Positions 50,328 through 62,950 of a DNA stretch of 64,000 bases are shown piece by piece. The notes under the pieces were generated by a model. It had not been told where the DNA came from. It ran no database searches and saw only the letters and a program-made list of their open reading frames with translations. The stretch is from Torpedo marmorata. Lineage: Eukaryota. A program made the translations under genes and the position numbers. Every line of letters starts with the position of its first letter. Position 1 is the stretch's first letter. Location of the stretch: assembly GCA_977017645.1 (NCBI GenBank), contig OZ360230.1:38254001-38318000 (forward strand), read 5' to 3'.

Positions 50328-52312
50328 TTCAGAATCAGAATTTATTGTCATGAACAAGTCATGAAATTCAGTGTTTTGTGGCAGCATCATAGTGCAATTA
50401 ACATTCATATTATAGCCATCTCACGACATTACTATAAAAAATTATAAATAATAGTGCACGAAAAGTAAGGCAGTGTCTTTGGTTCATTGATTATTCAGGA
50501 ATCTGATGGCAGCGGGGAAGAAGCTGTCCTTGTGCCATTGAGTGCTCATCTTTAGGCTCCTGTACCTTTTTCCCGATGATAGCAGAGTGAAGAGGGCATG
50601 GCCTGGGTGGTGGGGGTCTTTGAGGATAGAAGCTGCTTTTTTAAGACACCGCCTCATGTAGATGTCCTCGATGGAGTGAAGTTTGGAGCCTGTGATGTCA
50701 CAGGCCGAGTTAACAACCCTCTGGAGTTTACTCTTGTCCTGAGAGTTGGTGCCTCCATACCAGGCAGTGATGCAACCAGCCAGAATGCTCTCCACGGTAC
50801 ACCTGTAGAAGTTTATGAGAGTCTTCGGTGACATACCGAATCTCCTCAGACACCTCACAAAGTATAGCCGCTGGCGAGCCTTCTTTGTGATTGCATCAAC
50901 ATGGAGGCTCCAGGACAGATCCTCGGAAATGTTGACACCCAGGAATTTGAAGTTCTTGACCCTCTCCACTACTGAGCCCTCGATGAGGACTGGGTCGTGT
51001 TCCCCTGACTTCCTCCTGAAGTCCACAATCATCTCCTTGGTTTTGCTGATGTTGAGCTCAAGGTTGTTGTCGTTACACCATTCAACGAGCTGATCTATCT
51101 CCCTCCTGTACGCTTCCTCATTGCCGTTTGTGATTCTGCCGACAACTGTGGTGTCCTCGGCAAACTTGTAGATGGCATTGGAATTGTGCCTGGCCACACA
51201 GTCATGGGTGTATAATGAGTAGAGCAGTGGACTAAGCACGCATCCTTGGGGTGTGCCTGTGTTGATAATCAGTGAGGAGGAGACGTTGTTTCCAATTCGT
51301 ACTGACTGTGGTCTTCCGATGAGAAAGTCAAGGATCCAGTTGCAGAGTGGGGTACAGAGGTCTCGAGTTTGTAGCTTCTTGACCAGCACTGAAGGAATAA
51401 TGGTATTGAAGGCCGAGCTGTAGTCGATGAAGAGCAGCCGTATGTATGAATTGCTGTTTTCGAGGTGATCCAGAGCTGAGTGGAGAACCAGCGATATTGC
51501 ATCTGCTATGGAGCGATTGTGACGATAGGCGAATTGCAGTAGGTCCACATCTTTGCTCAGGTACGTGTTAATTCTGGCCATGACCAGCCTCTCAAAGTAT
51601 TTCATCACAGTAGAAGTTAGTGCTACTGGGCAGTAGTCGTTGAGGCAGCCCACACTACTCTTCTTGGGTACCGGGATGATTGATGCCCTTTTGAAGCAGG
51701 TGGGAACCTCTGACTGCCGCAATGAGAGGTTGAAAATGTCCGTGAACACTCCAGCTAGTTGGTTGGCGCAGATTTTCAGTACCCAGCCAGGTACGCCGTC
51801 AGGGCCTGACGCCTTGCGAGGATTCACCCTCTTGAATGATGTTCTGACGTCGCCCTCAGAGACAGATATCACAGGGTCCTCAGCCTTTTCAGGGATTCTA
51901 GTAGGCACTGTTTGGTTCTTCTTCTCAAAGCGGGCATAGAAGGTGTTCAGCTCATCGGGTAGTGAAGCATCACAGCCGTCTATAGTGTTCGCCCTCGCTT
52001 TGTAGGCTGTAATGGCCTGCACTCCCTGCCATGGCTGGCGTGTATCTGTTTCTGACTTCCTCCGGAATTGCCACTTTGCTTCAGAGATGGCCTTCCGCAG
52101 GTCGTGCCTGGACTTTTTGTAAAGATCCCGGTCCCCGGCCTTAAACGCCCTTGTTCTCGCCCTCAAAAGGTTGCAAATTCTCTGATTCATCCAGGGCTTC
52201 TGGTTGGGGAACACCCGGTATTTGCGAGTGGGCATACACTCATCCACGCAGGTCTTGATGAAGTCGGTGACACCTGTTGCATATTCATTCAGGTCTATGG
52301 ATGAGTTCCTGA
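50328..52312 (-). mobile_element. Rex1/Babar-like LINE, 5'-truncated, young
   Basis: Uninterrupted RT-containing frame; 3' end GACAATAAATTCTGATTCTGAA; endonuclease domain missing. Confidence 0.92.
50484..52247 (-). pseudogene. Non-LTR reverse transcriptase ORF (587 aa) of the Rex1-like element; catalytic FADD changed to FAED
   Basis: Motifs KASGPDGVP, PVALTS, FIDYSSAFNT, GTPQGCVLSP, YKFAEDTT, FKFLGV. The listed start is not a true initiator because the element is truncated. Confidence 0.88.
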
Positions 52313-52534
52313 ATGTTTGATATTAAACATATATGATATTTTTTAGTTATAATACAATATTTGACAAAACTAAAGATATGTCTTGTGTAGGCACAAATTG
52401 ATGATCTGAAATAAATGAATTATAACTCATAATCAACTGAACAAATTATTCTGTCTTACAAAAAGGAACAAGTCATTTAGCCGATGCCTGTCTCACCATT
52501 CACTTAAAGAATTATCTGTGACATACAGTAATTA

Positions 52535-53125
52535 CCGTATATACTCATGTAAAAGTTGAATTTTGTAGACCATTTTTTAATGTTAAATTTATGGGGTCGA
52601 CTATTACATGGATACTACTTTTGGGGGCTGAAATTCACACGAGAATCCAAAATGCCATATCAGTAGCAGAAGTCCAAATGATCTCTAAACTAATAAAGAA
52701 CAAAAACACAATGAATTAAAGTAATAATGCAGAGTGTGCACATCAAAACACATATTCCACCAAGGGGGAGGTCGGGATTGCGGTACGTATCGGTGTCGTC
52801 GGAGGCGTCGGGAGTTCCGATGGGCGGGCGGCCAGGGCCAAGGCGTGAGTCCATGTCAGAGGCGTCAGGTGCTCTAGCCTGCAGACGGCCGGGGCCAAGG
52901 CGTGAGTCCACGTTGGAGGCGTCTGGAGCTCTGATGGGCAGGCGACCTGGGCCAAGGCATGAGTTCATGAGCGAAGTGTCAGGTTCTCCGACCTGCGGGT
53001 GGCTGGGGCCGAGGTGAGAGTCTAGGGTCGACTTTTACGTGAGATTTAGGGAAAATTCCAGATTTTTTGGCCAAAAATAGGGGGCCAAATTTACATGAGA
53101 TCAACTTTTACACGAGTTTATATGA
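52535..53125. mobile_element. Tc1/mariner-superfamily (Tc2/pogo-like) MITE
   Basis: TIRs CCGTATATACTCATGTAAAAGTTGA / TCAACTTTTACACGAGTTTATATGA; TA dinucleotide on both sides (52533-52534, 53126-53127). Confidence 0.8.
52795..53022. repeat. GC-rich 57-bp minisatellite, four units, inside the MITE
   Basis: GAGGCGTC-like anchor at 52802, 52859, 52916 and 52973. Confidence 0.9.
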
Positions 53126-55120
53126 TACATGTCTGCTTTAGCATAGCAAGCCTTACTGCTTTTAGTTTAAAAAATGTATCAAACTCTGATAATAAAATAA
53201 CAGCTGTCCAGCATCAACTGGTGACGGCAGAAACCAGGTCAAAACTTCTAGCACCCACGCCTGCAGAAATGTTTCTTCACTCTGCATCTCAAAGGCTTGG
53301 GTCTAACTTTTAGTCCTAGATACCTCAGCCAGTAGATATATTGTTCTGTGCATCCACCAATTCCTCTTCATGCATTGGAAATTTCAGTCAACTCATCCCT
53401 GAACATTTACATTCCAGGAAACACAACCCTAATTTGTGGATATCAAAATTCAAAGCCTATTTGTCAATTTGGTAAACCTGTGCTGCATGCTTTGTAAGGC
53501 CTTTGTATTTTCTGTGGGCGTGGTGCTTTCAACTGCTCACCGTCTATTCAGGATTTGTGTAGCTGCCAAATAACATTACTACATTGCCCTATCATCCTCG
53601 AGCGTACACTGGCCTTTTGGAATATTTTCCATATATCTTTGTTCCTGGTTCTTCACTATTTAGAAAGCATCTAGTCCAAAGAGGATGGTCCAAAGTCTAA
53701 TCTAATCCACTTGGTGTAGTTTTGTCCCTTCACCTACTCAGTAATACCTTTGTATATTTTAAAACCTTGGTGTCAAGTTTGACCTGTGCACGCATACCCA
53801 TCTGTTTCTAAGCTGTTATATTATCCCAACTTAGCTCTTCCATGTCCCTTTTCCCTCCAGGCATAACATTTCTAAAACACACTAGGTTGCCCTTCTCATT
53901 TTTAAAAATCTCTGCAACATGCCAACTTTTAAAACTCTGATGTCACATCCATTCCTCCACTTCTCTTGTGCTTGCTGATTGACTAGCTCCTGGTTTGACA
54001 ACTCTTTCACTTTAAAAGTCTTATCCTTGTTTATAGCATTCCCTGTTGGTGTAGTTTAGTCCCACTCAACAACCCTTTCTACATATTTCCACTGTCTTCA
54101 GCAGCCAAGGTCTCAGCTCAGGAATTCCCTCTTGAAATCCCTTCACATATCCACGTCTCCTTACATTTTAAAATTAACTGTAAGTTGTAACTCATCTTTT
54201 GCTCATCTGCCCTAGAATCTCCTCATAACACTCTGCATCAGTGATCGATAACATTCCTGGGAAATGTCTAGGGGGTTTTGAAGCATCTATGCAATTATTG
54301 TTATGGGCTGAGCAATGTAGAACCGGACAAGAGGCAAGAATTCTCAATGCAGGACCTTTTCATGATCTGAGGAGGCATTGCCTGCAAGGATGACGGAAAC
54401 AGATTCAGTATTAACATCCCAGAGAACCGGATATGTACAACAAAGGGACATATTGCAGAGTTATTGGGCAAAAGAAAGGCTTGGTACTAATTGTAATGCT
54501 CTTACATGAAGCCAATACAGGCACAACAAGCTGAATGGCCTCCTTGACATTGTCTGTTCCATGACATTATTCAGATAAGAGGATTTATCCCTATGTTGGG
54601 CAATTTATAATCCTTCAAACCACTCTGCAGAAAAAGTGTGTTTAACTGGTCATTTGTTTTCTTCCTGTTTGTGCAACCTTGTGCGACTAAACTTCAACAA
54701 CTAGTTACTACTATAGGGTGTGAAAAGTACTATGCAAATCCATTTTGTTTTGATGTTTTGTCTAGTCTTCTAACTACCTGAATAAAGTGTAAAAAAGTAA
54801 TGTGACATTCATTGAGCAAAAGAATATATTGAAGCAGGATACATTGGTCAAATGGAATAGCAAGAGTTTCATCCTATATGGAATTATGCTGTATTTATCC
54901 TGGGAAAACTTTAGGATGTGGTCTGATGCCTGAAGTGTAAACTCTTCCTTTCCTAAACTCCAGCTCTAGCAATGAAAAGTTCAAAAGAATTCACACAAAA
55001 TAAATCTTTCCTCTGTTTTTTTTTTCCATTGGTCAATCCTGTCGGTTTTATTTTAAGGAAATACTCCTGCTGGGGTGGTAAATTATCCTCGATTTGTCTC
55101 ATAAAGGACAAACAGATAAA

Positions 55121-55824
55121 GGAATACAGATACAGTACATAATTCCATGAAAATGGCGTCACAGCTGGATAGGGTTGTAAAGAGAGCTTTTGGCATATTG
55201 GCCTTCATAAATCAAAGTATTGAGTATAGGAGTTGGGATGTTATGGTAAAGTTGCATAAGACATTGGTGAGGCCAAATTTGGAGTATTGTGTGTAGTTTT
55301 TGTCACCTAACTACAGGAAAGATATCAAAAAGATAGAAAGAGTACAGAAAAGATTTACCAGGATGTTGCCCGGACTTCAGGAACTGAGTTACAGGGAAAG
55401 GTTAAGCAGGTTAGGACTTTATTCCCTGGAGCGTAGGGGAGATTTGTTCGAGGTATTTAAAATTATGAGGAGGATAGACAGAGTAAATGTAGATAGGCTT
55501 TTTCCACTGGGCGTAGGTGAGATACAAACCAAAGGACATGGGTTAAGAGTGAAAGGGGAAACGTTTAGGGGGAACATGAGGGGGAAACTTCTTCACACAG
55601 AGAGTGGTGGGAGTGTGGAACGAGCTGCCAGCTGAGGTGGTGAATGCGGGCTCAATTTTAACATTTAAGAAGAATTTGGACAGGTACATGGATGGGAGAG
55701 GTATGGAGGGCTATGGGCTGGGTGCAGGTCAGTGGGACTAGGCAAAAAAAATGGTTCGGCACAGACTAGAAGGGCCGAAGGGGCCTGTTTCTGTGCTGTT
55801 GTGTTCTATGGTTCTATGGTTCTA
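55121..55824 (+). mobile_element. CR1 LINE 3' fragment
   Basis: SPNYRKDIKKIERVQKRFTRMLPGL...; (GTTCTATG)n tail; same subfamily as 31489-32840. Confidence 0.95.
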
Positions 55825-57083
55825 CATTTCAGAACACAGGCCAACCAGCTGCACACAGGTATAATGGACTGGGAAAGAATTGATTGTTAAACTCTGCAGA
55901 TTGGAAAAAATTCTTGGACTGGAAGAAATTTAAAATTTTAACAAGCTGGCCTGAGAGATAAATTGCCCAATATTCTGCTCAACAGAAAACTGGCAATTTA
56001 AAAAAAAAACATTAATTTGGATTTTTAAATGTATTGTTTGTAGTCACAATTCAAATCAATACGTGTCAGCATTGGCTTCCTAGTTGAACTCAATGCAGTC
56101 TTTTAGTTTTCACGTCCTTCATTTGAGATTATCAGCTCTTTACATTCAGAAACCCAGGGCTCCCAAATACTGCTGGAAAGTTCACGAGGCTACAGGCAAG
56201 CAATTGTGAGGGTTCTTCTCCACACAAAACAAGATATCTCAATCTACTCATAAGGCATCCAGTCAGCACATGCGGTGTCTGGGCAGCCGAATGGCAGCGG
56301 GCTCTCGAGAACAGGTGCAGCTTATTAGGGGCTTATTAGCAGCTACACTGCTCTGCGGCATAACTATGAGAAACCAATCTGGGCCTCTTCCTCACTCTCA
56401 CTAATCCACCTCTGTATTTGTGGGCCCCAAGTTTCGCTCACTTGAAACAACATCACTCAGGAGCTGTTGAACAACCTCGTGTTTGTGGATTCCACACACC
56501 AACCCCCCCCCCCCCCACCCCACCCACACTCCCTCTCCACACCTCACCGGTTCCTTGCTTTTAAACTTGATCTTCAGAAAATCTTATTTCTTATTTTAAA
56601 TCCATTTCTGAATTAGAGCTTGCTCTCCCTTACTTCCTCCTGAATGCTTTCTGGTCTACACTGTTGCACAGGGTTCCACTGAGCAGAGTGCATGTTTGCC
56701 ACAATAAAGCATATTCCAGGATTCTGGCACTTGTCACAAACTGCAAAACAAGTGAAGTAGAATCTGTGGGATGGGGCTGTGGGGGTGGGCATCAGAAATA
56801 CTACCGAGAGGGACAAAACAAAGTAGGAAAACAGAGAAGAGGAATAAGGGAACACGGGGAGGAAGAAGGCAGTTGAAGTAGATGGAGAAAAGGAGTAAAG
56901 GAAGGCAAAATTTGAAAGAGGAGAGACAGTGAAAAAAGAGGGGATGAGGACAGAGTGAGGAGAGGTAAGATTGTGAGATAAAGAGGGATTGTTTGAAACT
57001 GAACATAGTTAGACAAATGGGAAATTATAGTTTGATACCTGTCCAAAGCTGAGGGGTGGTTATTATGAGCACTGAACTAATTA

Positions 57084-60000
57084 CTCTGGACAACAAATTT
57101 TTTCAAAAGGTTTGGTTCCTTTTTTTAAAAAATATTTTATTTAAAAATTTTAAATCACAAAATACATAAAATAGAATATAAAATTATCAAATTATTTGTG
57201 ATACATTTTCACCCCCCCTCCCTCCCTCCCCTCCCCAACCCTCCCAACCCCACTAATCTAATAAAAAAAAAAAAAAAAATAGAAAAAGAAGAAGAAAAAG
57301 AAAGAAAAAGATAGAGTAAGGGGAATGCCAATCTATAAACTAATTCTATTATGGAGGTCAAGTACGCCAGTAGATCCGATATCCAGAGATCTTCAAATCC
57401 TTAAACCAACAGCTTTCATATATGAGCTCCAAATTTTAAGAAGAAATGATATTTATTACGTAAATTATAAGTAATTTTTTCAAGTGGTATACACGAACGA
57501 AGTTCTGCATGCCATCTTTCTAATCCTAAATCTAAATCAGATTTCCAAATAATAGCAATGCATTTCTTTGAAACAGCTAAAGCAATTCGTAAAAATTCTA
57601 TTTGATACATATTTAATTTCATCTTAATACTAAGTTTTCTAATATCTCCAAACAAAAATATCATAGGATCCATTGGAAATGTAATCTTAAATACTTTATC
57701 TAAGAAATTTTTAACTTTCAACCAAAAATCATAAACTTTTGGACAAAACCATGTAGAATGTACAAAAGACCCTTCCTCTTTATTACATCTAAAACATAAA
57801 CCTGATAGTGTCGGATTAAATTTCTTTAATTTTTTAGGTGTTAAATATAATTGATGAAAAAAATTGTATTGTACTAATCTATATCTAACATTAATAATCT
57901 TCGTCATACTTAATTTACATAATTCTTTCCAATGATTTTCATCTATTCTTATATTCAAATCTAATTCCCATTTTAATCATGATTTATGCAATCCTACTTT
58001 AGGCATTTTCCTCTGAAATAATTTATACATTTGAGAAATAAATTTATTAACATCTCCATTAGTAACTAATAATTCTAATTCATTCTGTCTTGGTAGAATC
58101 AAAGCATAACCTAATTTCTCAATCAAAATCTCTAATTTGATAATAAGCAAAAAGTGTATTATCTAATATATTAAATTTATCTTTCATTCTTTGAAAAGTA
58201 ATATATTTCCCAGCTTCAAAACAATCATTAATCTTCTTAATTCCTTTTTGAAACCAAATTTTAAATAATTGATTATTAATAGTAAATGGAATAAGTCCAT
58301 TTTGATATAAAGGCATCCTTGGAGAAATCAATCCTTTTCCTCCTATTTCCTTATCCGTCTTATTCCATATTTCTAACAAATGTTTAAAAATAGGCGAATG
58401 TTTCTTTCTTGTTGATATTAATTTAGAATCACATTTATAAATAATTTCTTCTTTGGAATCTTCTCCTATATTATTTAACTCTATTTTAATCCAAGCAGAA
58501 GATTTAGTTGAATCAAAAAATTCATTAACAAATTATAATTGAGCTGATTTGTAATAATTTTGGAAATTAGGAAGTTGTAGACCACCCATTTCATAATTCC
58601 AAGTTAATTTTTCCATACTTACTCTTGCTAACTTTCTTTCCATAAAAAATTTCTAATAATTGAATTTAAATCTTTAAAATTTTTTTGAGGAATTCCATAA
58701 GGAATTGATTGAAAAAGATATTGAATTCTTGGAAAGACATTCATTTTAATACAATTTACTCTTCCCATTAAAGTTATAGGTAAGTCTTTCCAGTTTTCTA
58801 AATCTTTCTTTATTTTCACAAATAATGGTAGATAATTTAATTTATATAAATTAGCCAATTTTGTATCAACCCTTATTCCCAAATATTTAATTCCTTCCTT
58901 TGCCCATTTAAATTGTGTAATTTCTTTACATCTACTATAATCCCCTTGTGATAATGCCATAATTTCACTTTTATCAGAATTAATTTTATATCCAGATATT
59001 TCCCCATATTCTCTCAATAACACTGATAATTGTACTAAGGATGTAATAGATTTTGTCATATATATCAATACATCATCTGCAAACAAACTAATTTTATGTT
59101 CTTCCATTCCAACTTTAATACCAATTATTTTAGGATCTTTTCTAACTAATTCTGCCAAAGGTTCTATCGCCAAAATAAATAATGCTGGTGACAAAGGACA
59201 TCCTTGTCTAGTAGATCGAGTCAAAGGAAATTTTGAAGAAATGTGTCCATTCGTAACTACTTTAGCAGATGGTTCTTTATATATAGTTTTAATCCAATTA
59301 ATAAATGTATTTCCAAAACCAAATTTCTCCAATACCTTAAATAAAAAATTCCACTCTAATCTATCAAAAGCCTTTTCAGCGTCTAAAGTTAAAACTAATG
59401 GTAAATCTTCCTTCTTTTTATGTAAATTAATTAAGCTAATCAATCTAGCTATATTATCTTTTGAATATCTATTTTTAATAAAACCAGCTTGATCTACATG
59501 AATTAAATCTGGTAAATAATTAGCCATTCTATTTGCTAAAATCTTTGCCATTATCTTATAATCTACATTTAATAATGAAATAGATCTATAAGATTCAGTT
59601 TTCAATACATCTCTATCTTTCTTTGGTATAACTGTAATTATTGCATTTAAAAAAGTATCTGGTAGAAAAGGTTTGCTTCCTGAAAAAAATTGGGGATTAT
59701 GATAGACAACTTCAAGCTGAACACAAAGATAATTTCAGATTTGCTTTATCACGTAGGAAGTTGGAGAAACATTAAATTGACTTTTATTGAATTTAGCATG
59801 TTTATTCGCATAATGATGCTGACACATTGCGTTAGTTCAATTGACCTAAAAATGTTTTGCTGCTGATTTTCATTTGTACTCAGCATCTGATGCCTCTCGT
59901 GTCAGTGTCCAACAATAGTCGGCCAGCATTGATGGATTCCAGTTACCCTGATACCGCTTTTTCATGGTCGCAATGTCCTGGTGAAACCTTTCACCATGTT

Positions 60001-60260
60001 CGTCACTGACTGCACCAAGATCAACAGGGGAGAAGTCCAAGTGTGAATGCAGAAAATGAATTTTCAATGACATGTTGCACTTCATGGTTTTGTATGCTTG
60101 AAGTAGACTTAAAATATGACAGGAAATCACAAAAATAGGTTAAATCTTAAAAAAACAGTACGTGATAGGAACATTCTAAGGTGATTTTCGTTATCAGCAG
60201 CCCAAAATCCATAAAATACACCCAAAAGTGCTCAGGAAGCAAAATCTTAGTTGTCCAGTG
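57084..60260 (-). mobile_element. Chapaev3-like non-autonomous DNA transposon, copy 2 (split by L1)
   Basis: Ends CTCTGGACAA (57084) and TTGTCCAGTG (60260); TSD TTA (57081-57083, 60261-60263); body 59666-60260 is homologous to copy 1; ORF 59870-60130 has KIHFLHSHLDF...GERFHQDI...ADYCW. Confidence 0.85.
57121..59665 (-). mobile_element. L1-clade LINE, 5'-truncated, disrupted ORF2
   Basis: YRSISLLNVDYK, DAEKAFD, QGCPLSP, LFADD, KYLG (58628-59605); CCHC-type CFRC...HSTWFC (57416-57958); G-rich 3' UTR, AATAAA and A-tail; 16-bp TSD AAAAGGTTTG[G/C]TTCCT (57105-57120, 59666-59681). Confidence 0.93.
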
Positions 60261-60589
60261 TTATTAGTAGTAGGGTCTCCATTTAAAAAAATAGCTGGTG
60301 CAACTGCTGTTACCAAATGGCAGCTCCTAGTGTGAGGAATGTGGAAAATCACTCACATCCTGAGTCAAGTGGACAGGCAGCTTTGGAGATAGGAGTCAGA
60401 CAATCCATGGTGTTCTCAAAAACAGCCTAAACATTTTTAGCATCCTTGCTTCTCTTGGGCCAATGAAAATAAAATGTAAATATGTCCATGGCTGTTTGTA
60501 ATCTGCCTCCCCTGAATTCTTTGTAGCCCAAGTCAAAGAAGTTGGACATACAGTACAGGTCTTATGCTCAATCTATTTGGAGCTGAATG

Positions 60590-60720
60590 GAATTAAACAA
60601 GAAAATCTGCAGATGCTGGGGTCAAGTGTCATACACAAACATGCTGGAGAAAGTTGGCAGGTCACGCAGCAGGTAGGAGGTAAACAATATTTCGGGCCTG
60701 AGCCCTTCGTCAGGTATATA
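60590..60720 (-). mobile_element. Penelope-type terminal fragment with hammerhead motif
   Basis: AAATCTGCAGATGCTGG...TGCTGGAGAAA...CAGGTCACGCAGC...TTTCGGGCCTGAGCCCTTCGTCAGG; flanked by a 16-bp direct repeat. Confidence 0.75.
60681..60718 (-). ncRNA. Minimal type-I hammerhead ribozyme motif
   Basis: Minus strand reads UAUAC-CUGACGA-A-GGGC-UCAG-GCCC-GAAA-UA-UU-GUUUA: full core, 4-bp stem II, palindromic AUAU stem III, stem I with 4 of 5 pairs. Confidence 0.7.
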
Positions 60721-61835
60721 CAGCTCCAAGTGTTGCTACTTGGAGCTGAATTTTGTCTGTTGCTTTCTTCCAATAGATGGGCATTTGAGTTTCTATCCTT
60801 AAGCTACCTTCCCTCTGGTCAAAGTAAAAGGCAGAACACTGATTCACTCGGGTCTGCCTGAATATTGGAAGGCTGGTCATTCCATTTTTAACTGTGGGTG
60901 GCTGCGCTTTGAGTTTCCCTTCTTTGTATTTCTTTGAATATCGTGTTTAGAACTAGATCTTTGCTAAACAGTCATCCTATTTAAGCACCTCTGATTGTTT
61001 AGTTCATTGGAAGTCATTGTGTAAATGCAGGTTGTTATTGGTGCTATCTATAGCAGAGCAGTGTCTCTGCTTAAAGCATTCTTTACTGACAAGAAATTCA
61101 CATGTTGGTTTAAGCCTGTACATTCAAGTTTATCCTCCTTCACAGCTAAGCCTTTCCTTAAAGGGATGAATCTGCAAGTAATTTCACCATTCACATCAGA
61201 TTGTTTATAGAGAGTGAAGCCTCTCAAACTTCATGCCTCAAGAGTGTGTATATAAAACGGACAGTCTGATAGAGCAGAGTGTATTAGATTTCGAATTGTT
61301 TGACAGGACTCCTCTGCCTCTTTCAGTCAGACAGGAAGCAGTCAATTTATTAATGCATAGGTTAAGACCTAGCTGATGTTACTGCCCATACTCTTAAGAG
61401 CTGAAGTATACGATAGGTAAAAATGCATATAAACGAATTGGAGAACTTGGGCATTTGTGTAACTTTACTATTCATAACAAATCTTGAGTTGAGACAGTAA
61501 GTACGAAATAAAATAAATCAAGGATAAGAATGTGCAGAGTGCTCTTTTAACTAAGGGACCCTTTGTCAACTAAGTGGTAGAACTCACTGAGTGCAGCACT
61601 CATACATCTTAGGCTCGATTGTCCTCCATGAGATACAAGCTTTTTAACTCCAAAGTGCTCATTAACTTCTTAAGTAATTGACATGAAGATTGTGACACCT
61701 ACTCATGGGAGAGCCAACTCTAACAGCCATTTTCAGCATTCATTACTTGAGAATTATGCATTAATAACCACAGCACTCTTATTATATCAGATGCTCCAAA
61801 GGAACCATATTGGAAAATGTTACTTGCCACACTTG

Positions 61836-62336
61836 ATAACCATATAACCATATAACAATTATAGCACAGAAACAGGCCAGTTCGGCCCTTCTAGTCCATG
61901 TCGAACCCCTTCTCCCACCTAGTCCCACTGACCCGCACCCGGCCCATAACCTTCCACACCTCTCTCGTCCATATACCTATCCAACTTTTCCTTAAACATT
62001 AAAATTGAACCTGCATCTACCATTTCGGCCTGAAGCTCGTTCCACACTCCCACCACCCTCTGAGTGAAGAAATTCCCCCTCATGTTTCCTCTAAACTTTT
62101 CCCCCTTCAATCTCAATCCATGCCCTCTTGTTTGAATCTTCCCCACTCTCAATGGAAAAAACCTGTCCACGTTGACTCTATCTGTCCCCTTCATAATTTT
62201 AAATACCTCTATCAAATCACCCCTCAACCTTCTACGCTCCAGGGAATAAAGACCCAGCCTGCTCAACCTTTCCCTGTAACTCAAACCCAGAAACCCAGGC
62301 AACATTCTTGTAAATCTCCTCTGCACTCTCTCTATT
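61836..62336 (-). mobile_element. CR1 LINE 3' fragment
   Basis: IERVQRRFTRMLPG...RGDLIEVFKI...NFFTQRVVGVWNEL; (GGTTATAT)n tail. Confidence 0.93.
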
Positions 62337-62616
62337 GATCCAAATAAACAATTAAGCAAGTGAGAAGGTTCATGCTTTCCCTGTGAACAATGGAGGGATA
62401 GCCAAACAGAGAATGTTATGACATAATTATGGCCATTTATAATCACTTTTACAATATGTGGGTATTGCTGGCATGACCACTATTTATTGCCCATTGAGAA
62501 GATAGTGTTGAGATGCCTTCTTGAACCACAGTGGTTCAAATTAAGTCCCATAATCCTAGAGTACTAGGACTTAAGAGTCAGAGACACTGGAGGAATAGTG
62601 GTGGAGTTCCAAATCT

Positions 62617-62720
62617 ACATAAAACATTACAGCACAGTCCAGGCCCTTCGGCCCACGATGTTATGCTGACCTATGTAAACGGACACAACAAACTAAACCT
62701 TCCGTACCTCACACCCATAA
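62617..62720 (-). mobile_element. Short CR1 3' tail
   Basis: ACATTACAGCACAGTCCAGGCCCTTCGGCCCAC. Confidence 0.55.
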
Positions 62721-62879
62721 CCAATGGGAACAAAGAATTAGATATATTATTAAATAGAGTGATAAGGCCGTGAGCAGCAAGAGTGGAGATGATTAGTTAA
62801 TTCCTCTGAAAATCAAGCAAGACACCCACACTGCTGTCAGTGACTGAAAGTGATTTCATGCACGTAACTTATTCTAAGC

Positions 62880-62950
62880 TCACTGTGGTTGTTGTACTTG
62901 TACAATCGAAGGATCAATAAACTTGAACTTGAACTTGAAACTTGAACTTG
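62880..62950 (+). mobile_element. LINE 3' tail with (ACTTGA)n
   Basis: AATAAACTTGAACTTGAACTTGAAACTTGAACTTG. Confidence 0.5.

Noticed and set aside
52795-53022. CRISPR-like array or repeat-protein ORFs (52690-53017)
   Set aside because: The units are contiguous with no unique spacers, no cas genes are present and the context is eukaryotic; the ORFs stay open only because 57 is a multiple of 3 in GC-rich DNA.
56800-57000. Purine-rich tract with ORFs on the minus strand
   Set aside because: Low-complexity GA-rich sequence; the translations are compositional artefacts.
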